Shown: one piece after another, positions 1 to 11,868 of the stretch
Layout of the letters: each line of letters opens with the position of its first letter
Position numbering within the stretch: the stretch's first letter is position 1
Assembly (NCBI GenBank): GCA_012295275.1
Contig: CM022674.1
Coordinates: 3,224,001-3,288,000 of the forward strand
Origin: Chrysomallon squamiferum
Lineage: Eukaryota > Animalia > Mollusca
Direction of reading: 5' to 3'
DNA length: 64,000 nucleotides
The notes under the pieces: generated by a model
Told to the model about the DNA's origin: nothing
Database searches by the model: none
Seen by the model: the letters and a program-made list of their open reading frames with translations, nothing else
Translations under genes and position numbers: made by a program

Positions 1-106
1 AGAGAGACAGAGAGAGGGGGGTAGAGAGAGAGAGAGAGAATGTTTTCAAAATGACAATATAATTTTTTATTTTTTATTCTTTGTTCGTTTTATTTCTTAT
101 TATTTC

Positions 107-153
<47 letters not shown>

Positions 154-289
154 CTTAAATCAGTAATTTTTTAACTTTTATATTATTATTTAATAGGAGA
201 GGCGTACAGAAAAAAAATAATAAAATAACAAACAATAACAAATAGCCTCTAATTATTTTAAATACATAGAAGAAAGATTATTAAAAACT

Positions 290-396
290 GTAAAAAAAAA
301 ATAACGAGAAAAAGGTGAAAACAATAAATAAAGAAAAAAAAAAAAAAAAAAAAGAAAGAAAAAAAAAAAAAAAGAAAGAAGAAAGAAAAAGAAAAG

Positions 397-446
<50 letters not shown>

Positions 447-570
447 AAGAAAGAAAAAAAAAAACAAAACAAAAAAAAATAAAAAATAATTTAAAAAAAA
501 AAAAAATAGAAAGAAAAAAAAAAAAAAAAAAAGAAAAAAAAAACAAGAAGAAAGAAAAGAAAAGAAGAAA
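290..570. repeat. A-rich low-complexity tract
   Basis: Nearly pure poly(A) with interspersed G; it is the source of the poly-Phe ORFs. Confidence 0.9.
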
Positions 571-1130
571 TCTCCTGCACGCGGTGTGTCAACTGTGAAA
601 TGTTTACGGTAAAAACTTTTTTTTTTGTTCACTCGACGACAATCGCCGACTCTCGTGCCGCGCGGCGGTGTTGCCCGAACTGGAGGTATTTTCCCACGAC
701 CCGCCACAAAGGTACTCGCATTCCAGCGGACACAAGCCTCAGCCAGCGATAACACGGTCGCGGGCCAACACACAAAACCTTTGTGTTGAAGTATGTCTTA
801 TCGCGGCTCCTGTTTATATAACAATTCGACCATTAAGAGAAATAGACGAGAGGCGGAGTTTTCCCACACCGTCCAGAAACCACAACATAATCTGACTGGC
901 ACGTGCGGCTATTTAGCTGGCGTCCGGTTTAAGCGCTTGATTGACGTGCGCAATTAGCTACGCCGAGACACCTGGCATTCGGCCAATGAGCGCGCGCCGG
1001 GCACTTGCCTGGAGCGAGGTTCGATGAAAGCTCGCCGCCGATTGGCTAAGCGTGCTGGTATGGGACCGTGGGAACGGGCCTGAAACCGACTTCACACAAC
1101 GTGATGGCTTGCGCGCTAGGCTATAAATAG
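570..1130 (+). promoter_or_regulatory. HES proximal promoter (CpG-rich) with TATA box, CCAAT boxes, single Su(H) sites and bHLH-repressor sites
   Basis: TATAAAT 1122-1128; CCAAT 983-987; ATTGG 1041-1045; Su(H) sites TTCCCACG 691-698 and TTCCCACA 861-868; TGGCACGTGC 897-906; N-box CTCGTG 652-657; class C CACGCG 578-583; CACCTG 969-974. Confidence 0.8.
1067..1098 (+). promoter_or_regulatory. Su(H)/RBPJ sequence-paired site (SPS), Notch response element
   Basis: CGTGGGAA (1067-1074), a 16-bp spacer, then TTCACACA (1091-1098, inverted TGTGTGAA), head-to-head and about 25 bp upstream of the TATA box. This is the geometry known from the Hes1 and E(spl) promoters. Confidence 0.88.
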
Positions 1131-1268
1131 GGGTATTGAAGTAACAGGTTGCGTTAACGTTTGTGACATTCCCTTGGATAGCTGCTAGCTAGCGAACTTT
1201 GTGATCACCATTTGTGATTTTTTAAAAAATCGAACACATTTTTTTTGAAAAACTTTTTTGTTTTCAAA

Positions 1269-2902
1269 ATGACGGACGCTATTTCGACTGGTCCACACAG
1301 GAAAGATCCATCTATTAGAAAGGTATTTATTGATTTTTACTTTTGTTTTTTCAAATTTTATCGACGGGCGACTGATTTCAGTTGAAATCAACAAGTGGTT
1401 GCGGGGGATTTGATGACGTATGTTGTTGTTTTCAAAAATCAAATACTGAAAATTAACATTAAGTTTATGTAAGCTGGTTTTCATTTCGTATCATTAATAA
1501 TGTTATTCTTTCTTTTATTTTTATTTTCTTCTTCTTTTATTTTTCCGCCTTAAATCTTGTGACAGTTTTGTCATCTTCTATATTTAGATCCAGCTTCCTT
1601 TTCATTTAATTGTGTGTTACCTCTTTCTTTCTTTCTTTCTTTCTTTCTGTATCTTTACAGCGTCTTCTTCTTTTCTTCTCAATGTAAACTGACATTTTAT
1701 TTATTTAACATATTGCTAATAGTGTTTTTTACCTCTCGATTTTTAGAATAACAAGCCATTGATGGAAAAGAAAAGACGTGCCAGAATAAACGATTGCCTG
1801 GGACAACTCAAATCTCTCGTTCTTCAAGCACTTAAGAAAGATGTAAGTATTAATCATTATCGTTGTGCAATTATTTGCATTGCTTAAGAAGCAGGAAAGG
1901 TCCAAAACAGAAGTATGGGGCGGGTAAACTTGTGTGATATTATTATTATTATTTTTATTTATTTATTTATTTTTTTTTTTTTTTATTTATAATTTGGTTT
2001 TGATTTTAATTTTTTGTTATTTTTTTTTTTTTTTCTAATATTCCTTTTATTATTATTATTTTTTTAATTTATTTCATTAAGGATATGGTTTGATTTTGTT
2101 GTATGTTTTTTTCTGCTTTGTACTTATGTTTTTCCTATGTTACATTTTTCAGAGTTCACAATTTTCCAAACTCGAAAAAGCCGATATTCTTGAACTGACC
2201 GTCAAACACCTGAGAAACCTGCAACGACAACAGCGCTCTGCTGCCATGGCAACAGATCCCGCCGTAATGGAGAAGTACAGAGCCGGCTTCAACGAATGCG
2301 CCAACGAAGTCATGCACTACGTCGGCTCTTGCCACGGCTTGGGCAACGACGTGAAAGGCAACCTCGTCAACCACCTCGCCAACTGCCTGCAGTCGGTGAA
2401 CAGCCCGCACACAGAGCAACAGCGCTGCCTGCAGCCACTCCACGTCCAGATCCCACCAGCCAGCGCTAACAATCTTGTCCAGACAGCAACGACGACGACA
2501 ACAACCCACGTTGTTTCGCCGGTCTCTCACAACATGACGCCCATATCGGCAGTGTCCACAGACTCAGCTACTGCTCCATTCCAAGGCGCTTTTCACATTC
2601 TGCCCAGCACCCTGAACGGAAACCCTGTCGCCGTTTACCTCGGCAGTCAGAACGCGGGAACTATGACGTCAGCGGTTCCCGTGTACTCCGTCCACCAAGT
2701 GCCCCAGACGAACAGTTTCACCCCTTCGTCCTTCGCCCCGTCTCCCGCAGACTCGGAGAAGTCAAACTACAGTTCCGATTTAGAATCTCCAGCTACGGAA
2801 AGACGGTTTTCCGACTCTATGATGTACGCAAGCCCATGTCCACTTTCGTCTTCGCCCGTATCCGCATCTACAAAAGAAGAACGGGTATGGAGACCGTGGT
2901 GA
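1269..2902 (+). CDS. HES1: Hairy/Enhancer-of-split (HES1/HES4-like) bHLH-Orange transcriptional repressor, join(1269..1322,1747..1842,2153..2902), 299 aa
   Basis: Exon 1 is [18 protein letters not shown]|gt. Exon 2 is ag|[32 protein letters not shown]|gtaagt, the basic region with the HES-diagnostic proline plus helix 1. Exon 3 is ag|[24 protein letters not shown] (helix 2), then an Orange domain ([17 protein letters not shown]...LVNHLANC) and a C-terminal WRPW-stop Groucho-binding motif. Both introns are GT-AG, phase 0 (424 and 310 bp). The family is certain; exact orthology within HES is not. Confidence 0.96.
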
Positions 2903-3954
2903 TTTCGTTTTTCATAACGTTGAAACATTAAAATTAAAATTAACTCTTTTTTTTCCGGTCTTTTCGTCCGCGAACCGGACCTCTGATCCAGACTAGTGCT
3001 AAAAACGCCTTAGAGGACTCTATGCAAATGACTCATATATATATATATATATGTAAAAATGTGTGCATAATTTATTTTTGATACAAGAACGTTACAATAT
3101 GCAAAATATAGCTATATTTTTTATATGCTGAATTATATACAGTGCAGAACATTGTGAGAAGTGTTGTCAGTTGGTGCAACGATCAGTATTTCTTTTGAAA
3201 TAATCAAAATATTTACAAAGCTGAATATTTTCATAATGAATGCATAAAACGTGCTTACAAACTATGAACTTGTTTCTGTTGTCTTTTTAGTTCTATTTAT
3301 TTTAATTATTATTATTATTAATTTTTTATTTCTTTATTTCTTTATTTTTTTTTTTTTTTAATTTTATTTTTTTTAATTCGTTATTATCATCATCATACAT
3401 CTGGGTGATTAAACTCTAAAACACAGCAATTTTGAAAATTTGCCTATTTAAAAATATTACAGACATTTCACTTGCAGTAATAATAATCAAAGGGGGATAA
3501 CTTAGATAAGTCCGTGAATAATAAAAATATTAATATACAAAAATTCTGCTCTTAGTAAAGAATTTATTTCAGCTTATTATTATAAAACCTTGTTAAGCTT
3601 TTTACAATTACTTTTAATTCATTTAGAACATATTTATTTAAATATAAAAAATAAATAAATAAATAAACAAAATTTAGGCACTCGGTCTGTTAAGTGAATA
3701 TAACTACATCATTGTCTAAATAAATTATTATGTATTAACATTAGTAAGTAATGATATACCCTGACATGAATCACGTGTCAAGTATGTGTTTGTATGTCTT
3801 TGTGAGTGTGTGTTTTCGTAAGTATTGTTATAAGAACTAAATATACATTCACAAATGAAAATCTTACCTAAAAGAGAAACATTTTTTAATGATTATGACG
3901 TCATAATTGGGTAACGTCATTTAACGCTAAAAGCATTATGGACAAAGGTAGATA

Positions 3955-3989
<35 letters not shown>

Positions 3990-4115
3990 AACTCATCGCT
4001 ATGATTATTCCGAAGATGAGAATGTGTTTTCTAATTTTTAATTTTATTTAATTATGATTACCTTTTTTTTTTAAATATTATTATTTCTTTTTTAATTAAT
4101 GCATATTTTTTATTA

Positions 4116-4155
<40 letters not shown>

Positions 4156-4258
4156 GTTATTATTATTATTCTGTTTGCTATTGCAGAAAAACACGAATGG
4201 TCTACACACGCAAACATATCTATCTATCTATGTCTGTTTCTCAATCTATATACATATC

Positions 4259-4331
<73 letters not shown>

Positions 4332-4535
4332 GTGTAACAATATTAATAAAAGTAAAAAAAAAAAATCTATAAATAAAAGACTACATCTAAAACGATGTGA
4401 AATAAATAAATATACTGCAACAACACACTTATATGTCATTATAAAATATTTAAATTATAAAAATCGTGAAAATCAGTATTATTCTTATATAATATTGATG
4501 AATAACTAAATAAATAAATAAATAAATAAAACAAA

Positions 4536-4583
<48 letters not shown>

Positions 4584-5452
4584 CTCTCAAATGAATGATT
4601 TTTATTTTAAAAAGTTAACAAAGAACTGGGGTAGTCCACCGATAGCAGCAGCTACATACACTACTACACCCACGAGCCACACGGCTCCAATCACAACAAG
4701 TGTTCGGGGTGAGATCGCGCGCCATGTTGATCAATCTGCGCTCAGGAATGTCGGTCTCGCTTTCCCACGGTTCGTGTTTGTCGTCTGAATCAGCCGCCGT
4801 GACCTCTGACCCTGTCTCGTGACACGAACGTGCCTGCTGTCATCAAATGTGGGCTGGACATTGTCGTGTAGCAGCTGTGCGGGAAATATAAGACCATTAC
4901 TGCTGTGGGAGTTATTTTTGCAATGTTTTTTTTCTTTCTTTTTTCTTTTTTTTTTTTTTTTTTTTTTATTTCTTCCTCGCGCCAATTCAAAACGGTCCTT
5001 TGATAAGGCAGCCATTACACAGCGTCAGTGTATGACTATGTGTTAATTTCGTCTCAGAAATGTTTTTGCAGACGTGTTTTATGACGGAACTCGTAAAGTA
5101 TACAGTTCCGAGACTTTCGTTTTCAACAGATTTAATATGTTGTTGTTGTATTTTTTTTTTTTTTTTATTAGTAGTGTTATTAATAATTGAATAATTAGGT
5201 ATACATCCGTAAAAAGGTAAGTAACAAAGCACTTTACATGTGTTTTGCTCCAGTGAACCAGTTAAATAGTTATTTAACGACATTAAAGGCATTTCTGGAC
5301 ATCTTCATCCAAGACACTAGAACGAAAAAAAAAAAAAAAAAAAAAAATTTAAAGAAAGAAAAAAAAAAAGAACTTCATATTGTATTCTACTAAATTTCTA
5401 TCTCAGTTATTCTATATGTTTGTTAGGATGTTATACATTGTACGTATATATA

Positions 5453-5548
<96 letters not shown>

Positions 5549-5718
5549 ATATATATATATATATATATATAAAATGAGTGTATGTGTGATATATTTTAGA
5601 TTATTTTCAACACATTAAGTTTTAAACATCCAAAAATATTTTTGATACTGACTATTATGAATTAGTATATATTTTATTACCAACAATATTATGAATTTAT
5701 TATATAAAGATATCACAG

Positions 5719-5752
<34 letters not shown>

Positions 5753-7804
5753 CCCTTTTTGCTAATTACTCATTACTGGTAAACAGCAACATTCTTAAAA
5801 TAGAGCTATCGACACAAAAACAAGTACTATCATATTTTAGACGCAGTAGGCGGAACGTGAAATTAATCGGCACATGAAGGCAGAAAACAGAACTGATCCG
5901 GTTTTAAGTCACCACTTAGACAGGCGCTAATAATAAAATAATTATCTCTGCTCCACAGTTATACTGGAACGACTGAACTAACTGTGATTGAACTGGTGGA
6001 ATCCGAGCGATAAAGGATTACGTAATGTGTGTCCGTGAGAAACAGTTGATAATTTAAAACTGCTTTTATTTGGCTCCACGATGGCGAATAGGAACTAAAA
6101 TATGTACGCATGTATGTATGCATGTATATATGTGTGTATGTATGTATATGTAAATATGTATGTATTTATGTATATGCATGTATGTTTATGTGTATGTGTA
6201 TATATGTGTATGTATGAGTATGTATATCAGTATGTATGTATGTGTGTGTATGTGTGTATGTATGTATATATCTGTGTACGTGCATTTATGTGCGTGTACA
6301 TATGTATGTGTGAATATATGTATGTTATGTTTGTATGTGTGTACGGATGCGTTTGTGTGTATATGTATATATACATATCAGTAAATGTATGTATGTATGA
6401 ATGAATGAATTACAATAGTAAAAAAAAATCGTTTTTTTTACTATATATAATCTAACGGTGATTAAAACAAAAAGGTAATATGATAAACTTTTACAACAAA
6501 GATTTCTATGTATTTTATTTAATAGTTTAAACCAAATTTAATTGACGTCTTTAAAACAAATGTCTTTTTTTATTTCATCGTGCTTTTCTTCATATGAATA
6601 AAAATAAAAATCGAAAAAAAAAATGTACTGAAATATCATATTACAATTAACCATACTTTTTTTTTTTTGATATTGAATTAGATGTATTTCGAAATAATGT
6701 TTCTATTTGCATTGCCTTGCACACCTCTAGAAAAGGGGACACTAGAAACATCAAACAAACGCTAATTACTTTGCTCTCTTATCTCAAATCTAGCCGTTGA
6801 GGACAGACCAAATAACACCTTTATCACTGAGTCCTTGTCACCCCTCTACACATTTTCTTTTCAAATTCAGTTTTCTTACAACAAGAACCCTACCCGGCCT
6901 TTGCTGCACTCTCTAAATTATGTACTTACAGTATCAATATCTACAAAATATACACAGCTTTTGTTTGCAGTGGAAACTAATATAGCGCCTATATCAATAA
7001 GCTGACCGCTGTTGGGAATATTTTTCTTTCTTGCACAAAGGCGAGTTAAGATGGCCAAAAGATGCGACTGGTCTATGAAGGGTATAGATGGCCGCATGTG
7101 AACCACAAATACCTTGTCTGTTTTTACTTTGTAATTTTTTTTTTTTTTTTTTTTTTTTATTCAGAGTGGATAATCCTCAGGGTATACAATGTAGCTTTTT
7201 TTTATTCTGATAGATGATGCCCGTGTTTTATATGGGATTAATATGGAGAAATGCACATGCTTTAGAATTTTCCAGAGGTGCTTGTTTTAATACGAAGCAA
7301 AGAGGACATGTTTTATTATCCACGGACAATGTCCTGCTAGTCCAGCTTTATTTCTCTCATCATTTCTAATCCTGCCGTATGCCGTCTTTATTTAAAACAT
7401 ACTGTTGTTTCGCCTTTGTGTTTCCCGCGCAAGCTTAAAGCATAATATTGGTTTCATGCAAACGATTGTTGTGAGAGGGACACAGCGCGGAAGAGAGGTG
7501 AAAATAACAATAGAAACGAAACGTAGACGGGTCTTAACGCTAGAATGGTAATAATCAGATGATAAGAAACACGAAGAGGTAGTAGTAGTGTTTTTTTAAT
7601 AGTCAAAATGTCGGGTCCCTGAAAGATAGCCTTCACAATAACGAATAATAAAAAGGATTATCGCTTGGCCTTAAGGCTATAAAAAAAAATCAAAACTTTT
7701 TATTTCATTTTGTACCTTTTCTTTAAATGGCTTTTAACGTTTTATGGTCCTGTTATTTTCTACATGTATCTTCCATTAGTTGTTGTTGTTATTATTTTTA
7801 TTAC

Positions 7805-7865
<61 letters not shown>

Positions 7866-7985
7866 TTGTATTTTGTAAATATTTGTTTTTATCTCTCGTT
7901 AAAGTGTAGCTGTTAAGTGCGCTTAGTCGCAGGGTCAATGCTCCTTACCGGCAAATGCTACAAATAGTCTGCCGTTGTTTTCTCT

Positions 7986-8216
7986 GTTTATGGGAAGGTG
8001 CACATACAATATAACCTAACGGCTTATCGAAGAGATTAATGCAATGCATGAAGTCGTTCTTAATTATAACATTGTGTCAAGCTGTATAACTGAGGATTTC
8101 TTAGTTTATGGGAAGGTGCATCTACAATACACCTTACAGCTTATCGAAGAGATTAATCCATTGCATGAAGTCATCCTTAATTATAACATTGTGTCAAGCT
8201 TTATAACTGAGTATTT
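7986..8216. repeat. Tandem duplication of a 118-bp unit (2 copies)
   Basis: GTTTATGGGAAGGTGCA...GCTTATCGAAGAGATTAAT...TGCATGAAGTC...CTTAATTATAACATTGTGTCAAGCT.TATAACTGAG starts at both 7986 and 8104. Confidence 0.9.
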
Positions 8217-8596
8217 AAAACAAACACATTTATAAATAATTTACCAAATTTATCGACCTACCTCATTGATTATTTTTTTCTCTGTGAATACCAAATGTTT
8301 TATTTTGTTTATTTATTTAGCGAATGCGTGGCTGTCAAAAACTTCTGTATTTTCTGTCTAATTTTAGTGTTAATAGTAGTTGTAATAGTAATAGTAGTAG
8401 TAGTAGTAGAACTATTAGTTGTTGCAGTAGTAGTAGTAGTAGTAGTAGCTTAGTAGTAGTTGCTCTGGTGGTGATAACAGAAGTGGTGTTAGTATTTATA
8501 TAGATATAAATATATATATATATTTTTTTTCTTTCCTTTTCTTCTTCTTCTTCGTCAATTTTTTTTTTGTGCTGTAATTAGAACCTTTTCCACTTT

Positions 8597-8674
<78 letters not shown>

Positions 8675-9495
8675 ACCCCCCACTTCTTCGTGATTTTATC
8701 TCTGCATTAATTTCGTGAACCACTCCCACCTCTATTTTTTTTTTTTTTTTTTTTGCCGCCAGGTACCCGCTAATGCAGTGGTCGTTGTTGAGTCACACAT
8801 TCCGTGGGAAAGCAGCAGCTGCTGGCTTCTGCATTCTTGCGAAATGTCTCTCACTTCCGGATCGGTTGTAAAATACCTCGTCACGTGACCTTTCAGAAAA
8901 AGCAATATGAGACAATATTGTTATCAATGAACGCGAAGGAAACCGGCTAGCTACTCGAGCGAAATCCGTAATTTGATTTGTGTGTTCATGAATGAAGTAC
9001 AGAAAGGTCTGGCGTAATGTCTTTCATTCATTCATAACCGTTTTTTTTTTTTTTTTTTATTTATTTATTATTATTATTATTATTCTATGAATGAAATCGA
9101 TATATGCAAATGAGATTATGCAAATGAGATTATTCAAATGAGTAAGGCAGATGCAACCCGTCGTCGTTTTGAATTGAATTTTTATCTTTTTTTCGTAGAC
9201 TTAATTCAGAACTTTTTAATATAAATTTTATTTGCTTTTATCATTATCATCTTCATCAGAGAAATAGATAACCACTTTTGATATTTTAAATTTAGAATAA
9301 TACCTTGAATAGTTCTCATTAAAAAAAAATAATAAATAAATAAAAAAAATGTTTGGATGAATGTTTGGATGAATGTTTGAAAGGCAGAAAGCAAGAAAGA
9401 AAAAAAAAAAAAAAAAAAAAGAAAGAAAATAACAGAAAGGAAATGAAAAATAAGAAATAATTTTCCAACACAGATTCTAGGTAATACACACAAAC

Positions 9496-9545
<50 letters not shown>

Positions 9546-10796
9546 GGAACAAAAGAAAGGGTAAAAAGAAAAAGAAAAGAAAGGGTAAAAAAAAAATAAA
9601 AAAAAAAAAAAAGAAAAAGAAAAAGAAAGAAAACGAAAATAGAAAAGAAAATAGAAGGAAATATCTGTCTTACTTTTCAAAGAAATATTTTCTTTATGTA
9701 ATTGAAGTTTGTCTCGTATTGGAAGCCAGATGTTTGTTGTCCAATTTCATCTCAATGGCGGTTTTCTGCTTCATAATAATTTTTTTTTTTTTTTTTTTTT
9801 TTTTCTTTCCGTGGGTGGGGGGTGGGGGCATATCTTTTCATAACGCCACGTGCCGAATAAGGTGTGGTGAGTAGACACTTCGGCATAATTCGTGAATGAT
9901 GCTTTAAGCGTTTTTATCAAACTGAAGAGCGGAATCAAAGGGACTTAACTTTTATGAATGAAAAGGATCCGGCCTTTCATTGAAAGCATAACTAAGACTG
10001 TTACATGATCCCCTCAATGGACCGGGTTCTGTGTTATTAATTCGGCGTGGTAAGGGTAGGGCAAACGTGACGTCACGGGAGGACATTGAAGAACAGCTTC
10101 GTCCTACAGCGTTCAGAAAGATTGATTTTCCATTATTATTATTTGTCACGTGACAAACAGGATGTCTGTGCGAATGGATTGGCTTATGAAAAAGCTTTTT
10201 TTTTTTTTTTTTTTTTTTTTAAATGATCTTCTTTCTTTGTATTTGAATCCACCCCCGCTTATTTTCAGTCAATGATTGAAAAGAATTGTTTGCATATTTT
10301 GTTGTCATTTCTTGGAATAGAGAACGGCTATGACCAACTGTTGTTTAAAACAGAAATTTTCCTTCTTTCTAATTTCTTCATTATTTAATTCATTGTTTTT
10401 TTTTTTTCCCTTTCAGTCCTGTTGTGTTTCTTTTATTAGTCCCTTATTATATTTTCTACTCTTTTTATTTTAAATAATTTAAAACGTTTATCTTCAGATT
10501 ATTATACTTTTGTTAGATTTTATTAATTTATTCATCAACAGATAGATATGTTTATACATGCGTATTTAAAAAAAAATCCTATAATATCAACATGTTTATG
10601 TGAAATGTAATTATGAATCAGCTGAAACCGTAGCTATGGCAACTTAATTATATATAAATTAATCGTCTAGATGCCTTTGACAAAAATGCTTAGTCTAAAA
10701 TGGATAGGTGAATGTACGGAATGTTGGAGAATCAAAAAAAAAAAATAATAATAATAATTTGAACTGGAATGGATTAAAACGTGAACTTAGGAGTTT

Positions 10797-10830
<34 letters not shown>

Positions 10831-11281
10831 GTCGTCATCAACGCTGTCGGAACCATCACATTATTATAGTATTACTACTATTACAACCACGAAAAAGGTC
10901 TCCAAACAGAAGGTAAAAAAAAAATAAATAAATAAATAAAAATAAAAAATAAATTCGAAAACAGATAAAGGTCAAGGTCTTCAGAATGACGTAATTAAAG
11001 ATCGATGTATTTCTCTTTAATTGGTTTCGTTTTTTTTTTTTTTTTTTTTTTTCATTTTCAGCTTATATTTACGTCATCTAGTTGTAGTACTTAAACTAAA
11101 TATTACTACTATTACTACTACTACTACTAATAATAGTAACAACAATACAACAACATTAATATAATAATAAAAACAGCAACAACAATCTTTGTAACAGATT
11201 ACACATAATCCTGAGGAATATAAAAATATAATAGGTTCATAATTATTTATATCTAAAAATTTTAAATGTATCATAGGTGTT

Positions 11282-11313
<32 letters not shown>

Positions 11314-11749
11314 ATTATGCTTATTATTAGTAGTAGTAGTATTATTATTAAAGTTATTATTAAACCGTTCAACTACTGTAACTAAAATAATAATAATAAT
11401 AACAACAATAACAACAATAATATGCCAAAAAATTGTAAACTATTATTTGTATATTTAATTTTTTCCCGTTTATTAACTGTTTTTCTATTTCAGAATTATC
11501 CCGAAGCCGAACGAAGGGAAGCAACTCAAGATTAACTGTCGCGCATCATATCGGGGTCAAATTCACTTTACCATAAATACATCGTTTACTGAAATATATC
11601 ACACTATTTATTCAACTGTTTCTTCACAAATTATTAAAAAAAATTATGGAATAAATAAATTTATAATATTTGTAATGGAAACAATATCGTTTGCTTATAA
11701 TCGGCAGGGCATTCGGTATTAGTATATAAAATTTACACAATCCAGACAT

Positions 11750-11832
11750 CCCGTGATAGCTCAGTTGGTAGAGCGGAGGACTGTAGTGGTATTAGCTATC
11801 CTTAGGTCAGTGGTTCGAATCCGCTTCGCGGG

Positions 11833-11833
<1 letters not shown>
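11750..11833 (+). tRNA. tRNA-Tyr-GTA: tRNA-Tyr (anticodon GTA) with an 11-nt intron (11787-11797)
   Basis: The cloverleaf folds: acceptor CCCGTGA/TCGCGGG plus discriminator A73, D arm TAGCTCAGTTGGTAGAGC (A box), anticodon stem GAGGA/TCCTT with CT-GTA-G, intron at the canonical 37/38 position, and T arm AGTGG-TTCGAAT-CCGCT (B box). A long oligo-T Pol III terminator follows. Confidence 0.95.

Positions 11834-11834
<1 letters not shown>

Positions 11835-11868
<34 letters not shown>
11835..11868 (+). terminator. Pol III oligo-T terminator of tRNA-Tyr
   Basis: Uninterrupted T run starting 2 nt after the discriminator base. Confidence 0.75.

Noticed and set aside
2090-2152. Hydrophobic N-terminus of the 270-aa ORF ([10 protein letters not shown]...)
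   Set aside because: This is the polypyrimidine tract of HES intron 2; the true exon starts at 2153.
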